DNA of 64,000 nt from Octopus bimaculoides (taxonomy: Eukaryota), in the NCBI RefSeq assembly GCF_001194135.2, contig NC_068982.1, positions 139,795,260 to 139,859,259 on the forward strand, in the 5' to 3' direction. Of the stretch, positions 63,947-64,000 are shown one piece after another. The notes below the pieces were generated by a model. That model saw only the letters and a program-made list of their open reading frames with translations. It searched no databases and was not told the DNA's origin. The position numbers were made by a program, and so were the translations under genes. The number at the start of each line of letters is the position of its first letter. Position 1 is the first letter of the stretch.

Positions 63947-63985
<39 letters not shown>
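63675..63985. repeat. (AAT)n/(AAC)n tracts with embedded SINE fragments (family B head at about 63825-63890, minus)
   Basis: Direct reading. Confidence 0.85.
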
Positions 63986-64000
63986 CCGGGGAAGTTTAAC

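Overview
AT-rich, repeat-saturated eukaryotic DNA from a draft assembly, with many N gaps that nearly all abut (TA)n or other microsatellites. The SINE families look like those I recognise from Octopus (coleoid cephalopod); this is an inference and no database was searched. I found no intact protein-coding gene, true tRNA gene, CRISPR array or prokaryotic feature. Most long ORFs in the track are artefacts of N runs or microsatellites. The window contains: (1) about 30 tRNA-headed SINE copies from at least five head/tail architectures with swapped modules; (2) decayed LINE fragments (R4/Dong-like, RTE-like, L1/Tx1-like ORF1 with a CCHC knuckle); (3) Penelope-like element (PLE) fragments with GIY-YIG motifs and at least eight hammerhead ribozyme (HHR) motifs, one with an intact core and one nearly intact; (4) three mariner derivatives with TA-flanked inverted repeats, plus hAT-like ends; (5) dense simple repeats. 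Three features stand out. A full-length 5S rRNA copy is fused to a full-length tRNA-headed SINE inside one 11-12 bp target-site duplication (58398-58926). A short tRNA-head + hammerhead + oligo-T element lies at 24341-24515. A long-stem-II hammerhead with an intact core lies at 41360-41432. A possible minus-strand host gene is suggested only by short candidate exons and is speculative. Repeat boundaries were estimated by eye and may be off by 10-20 bp.
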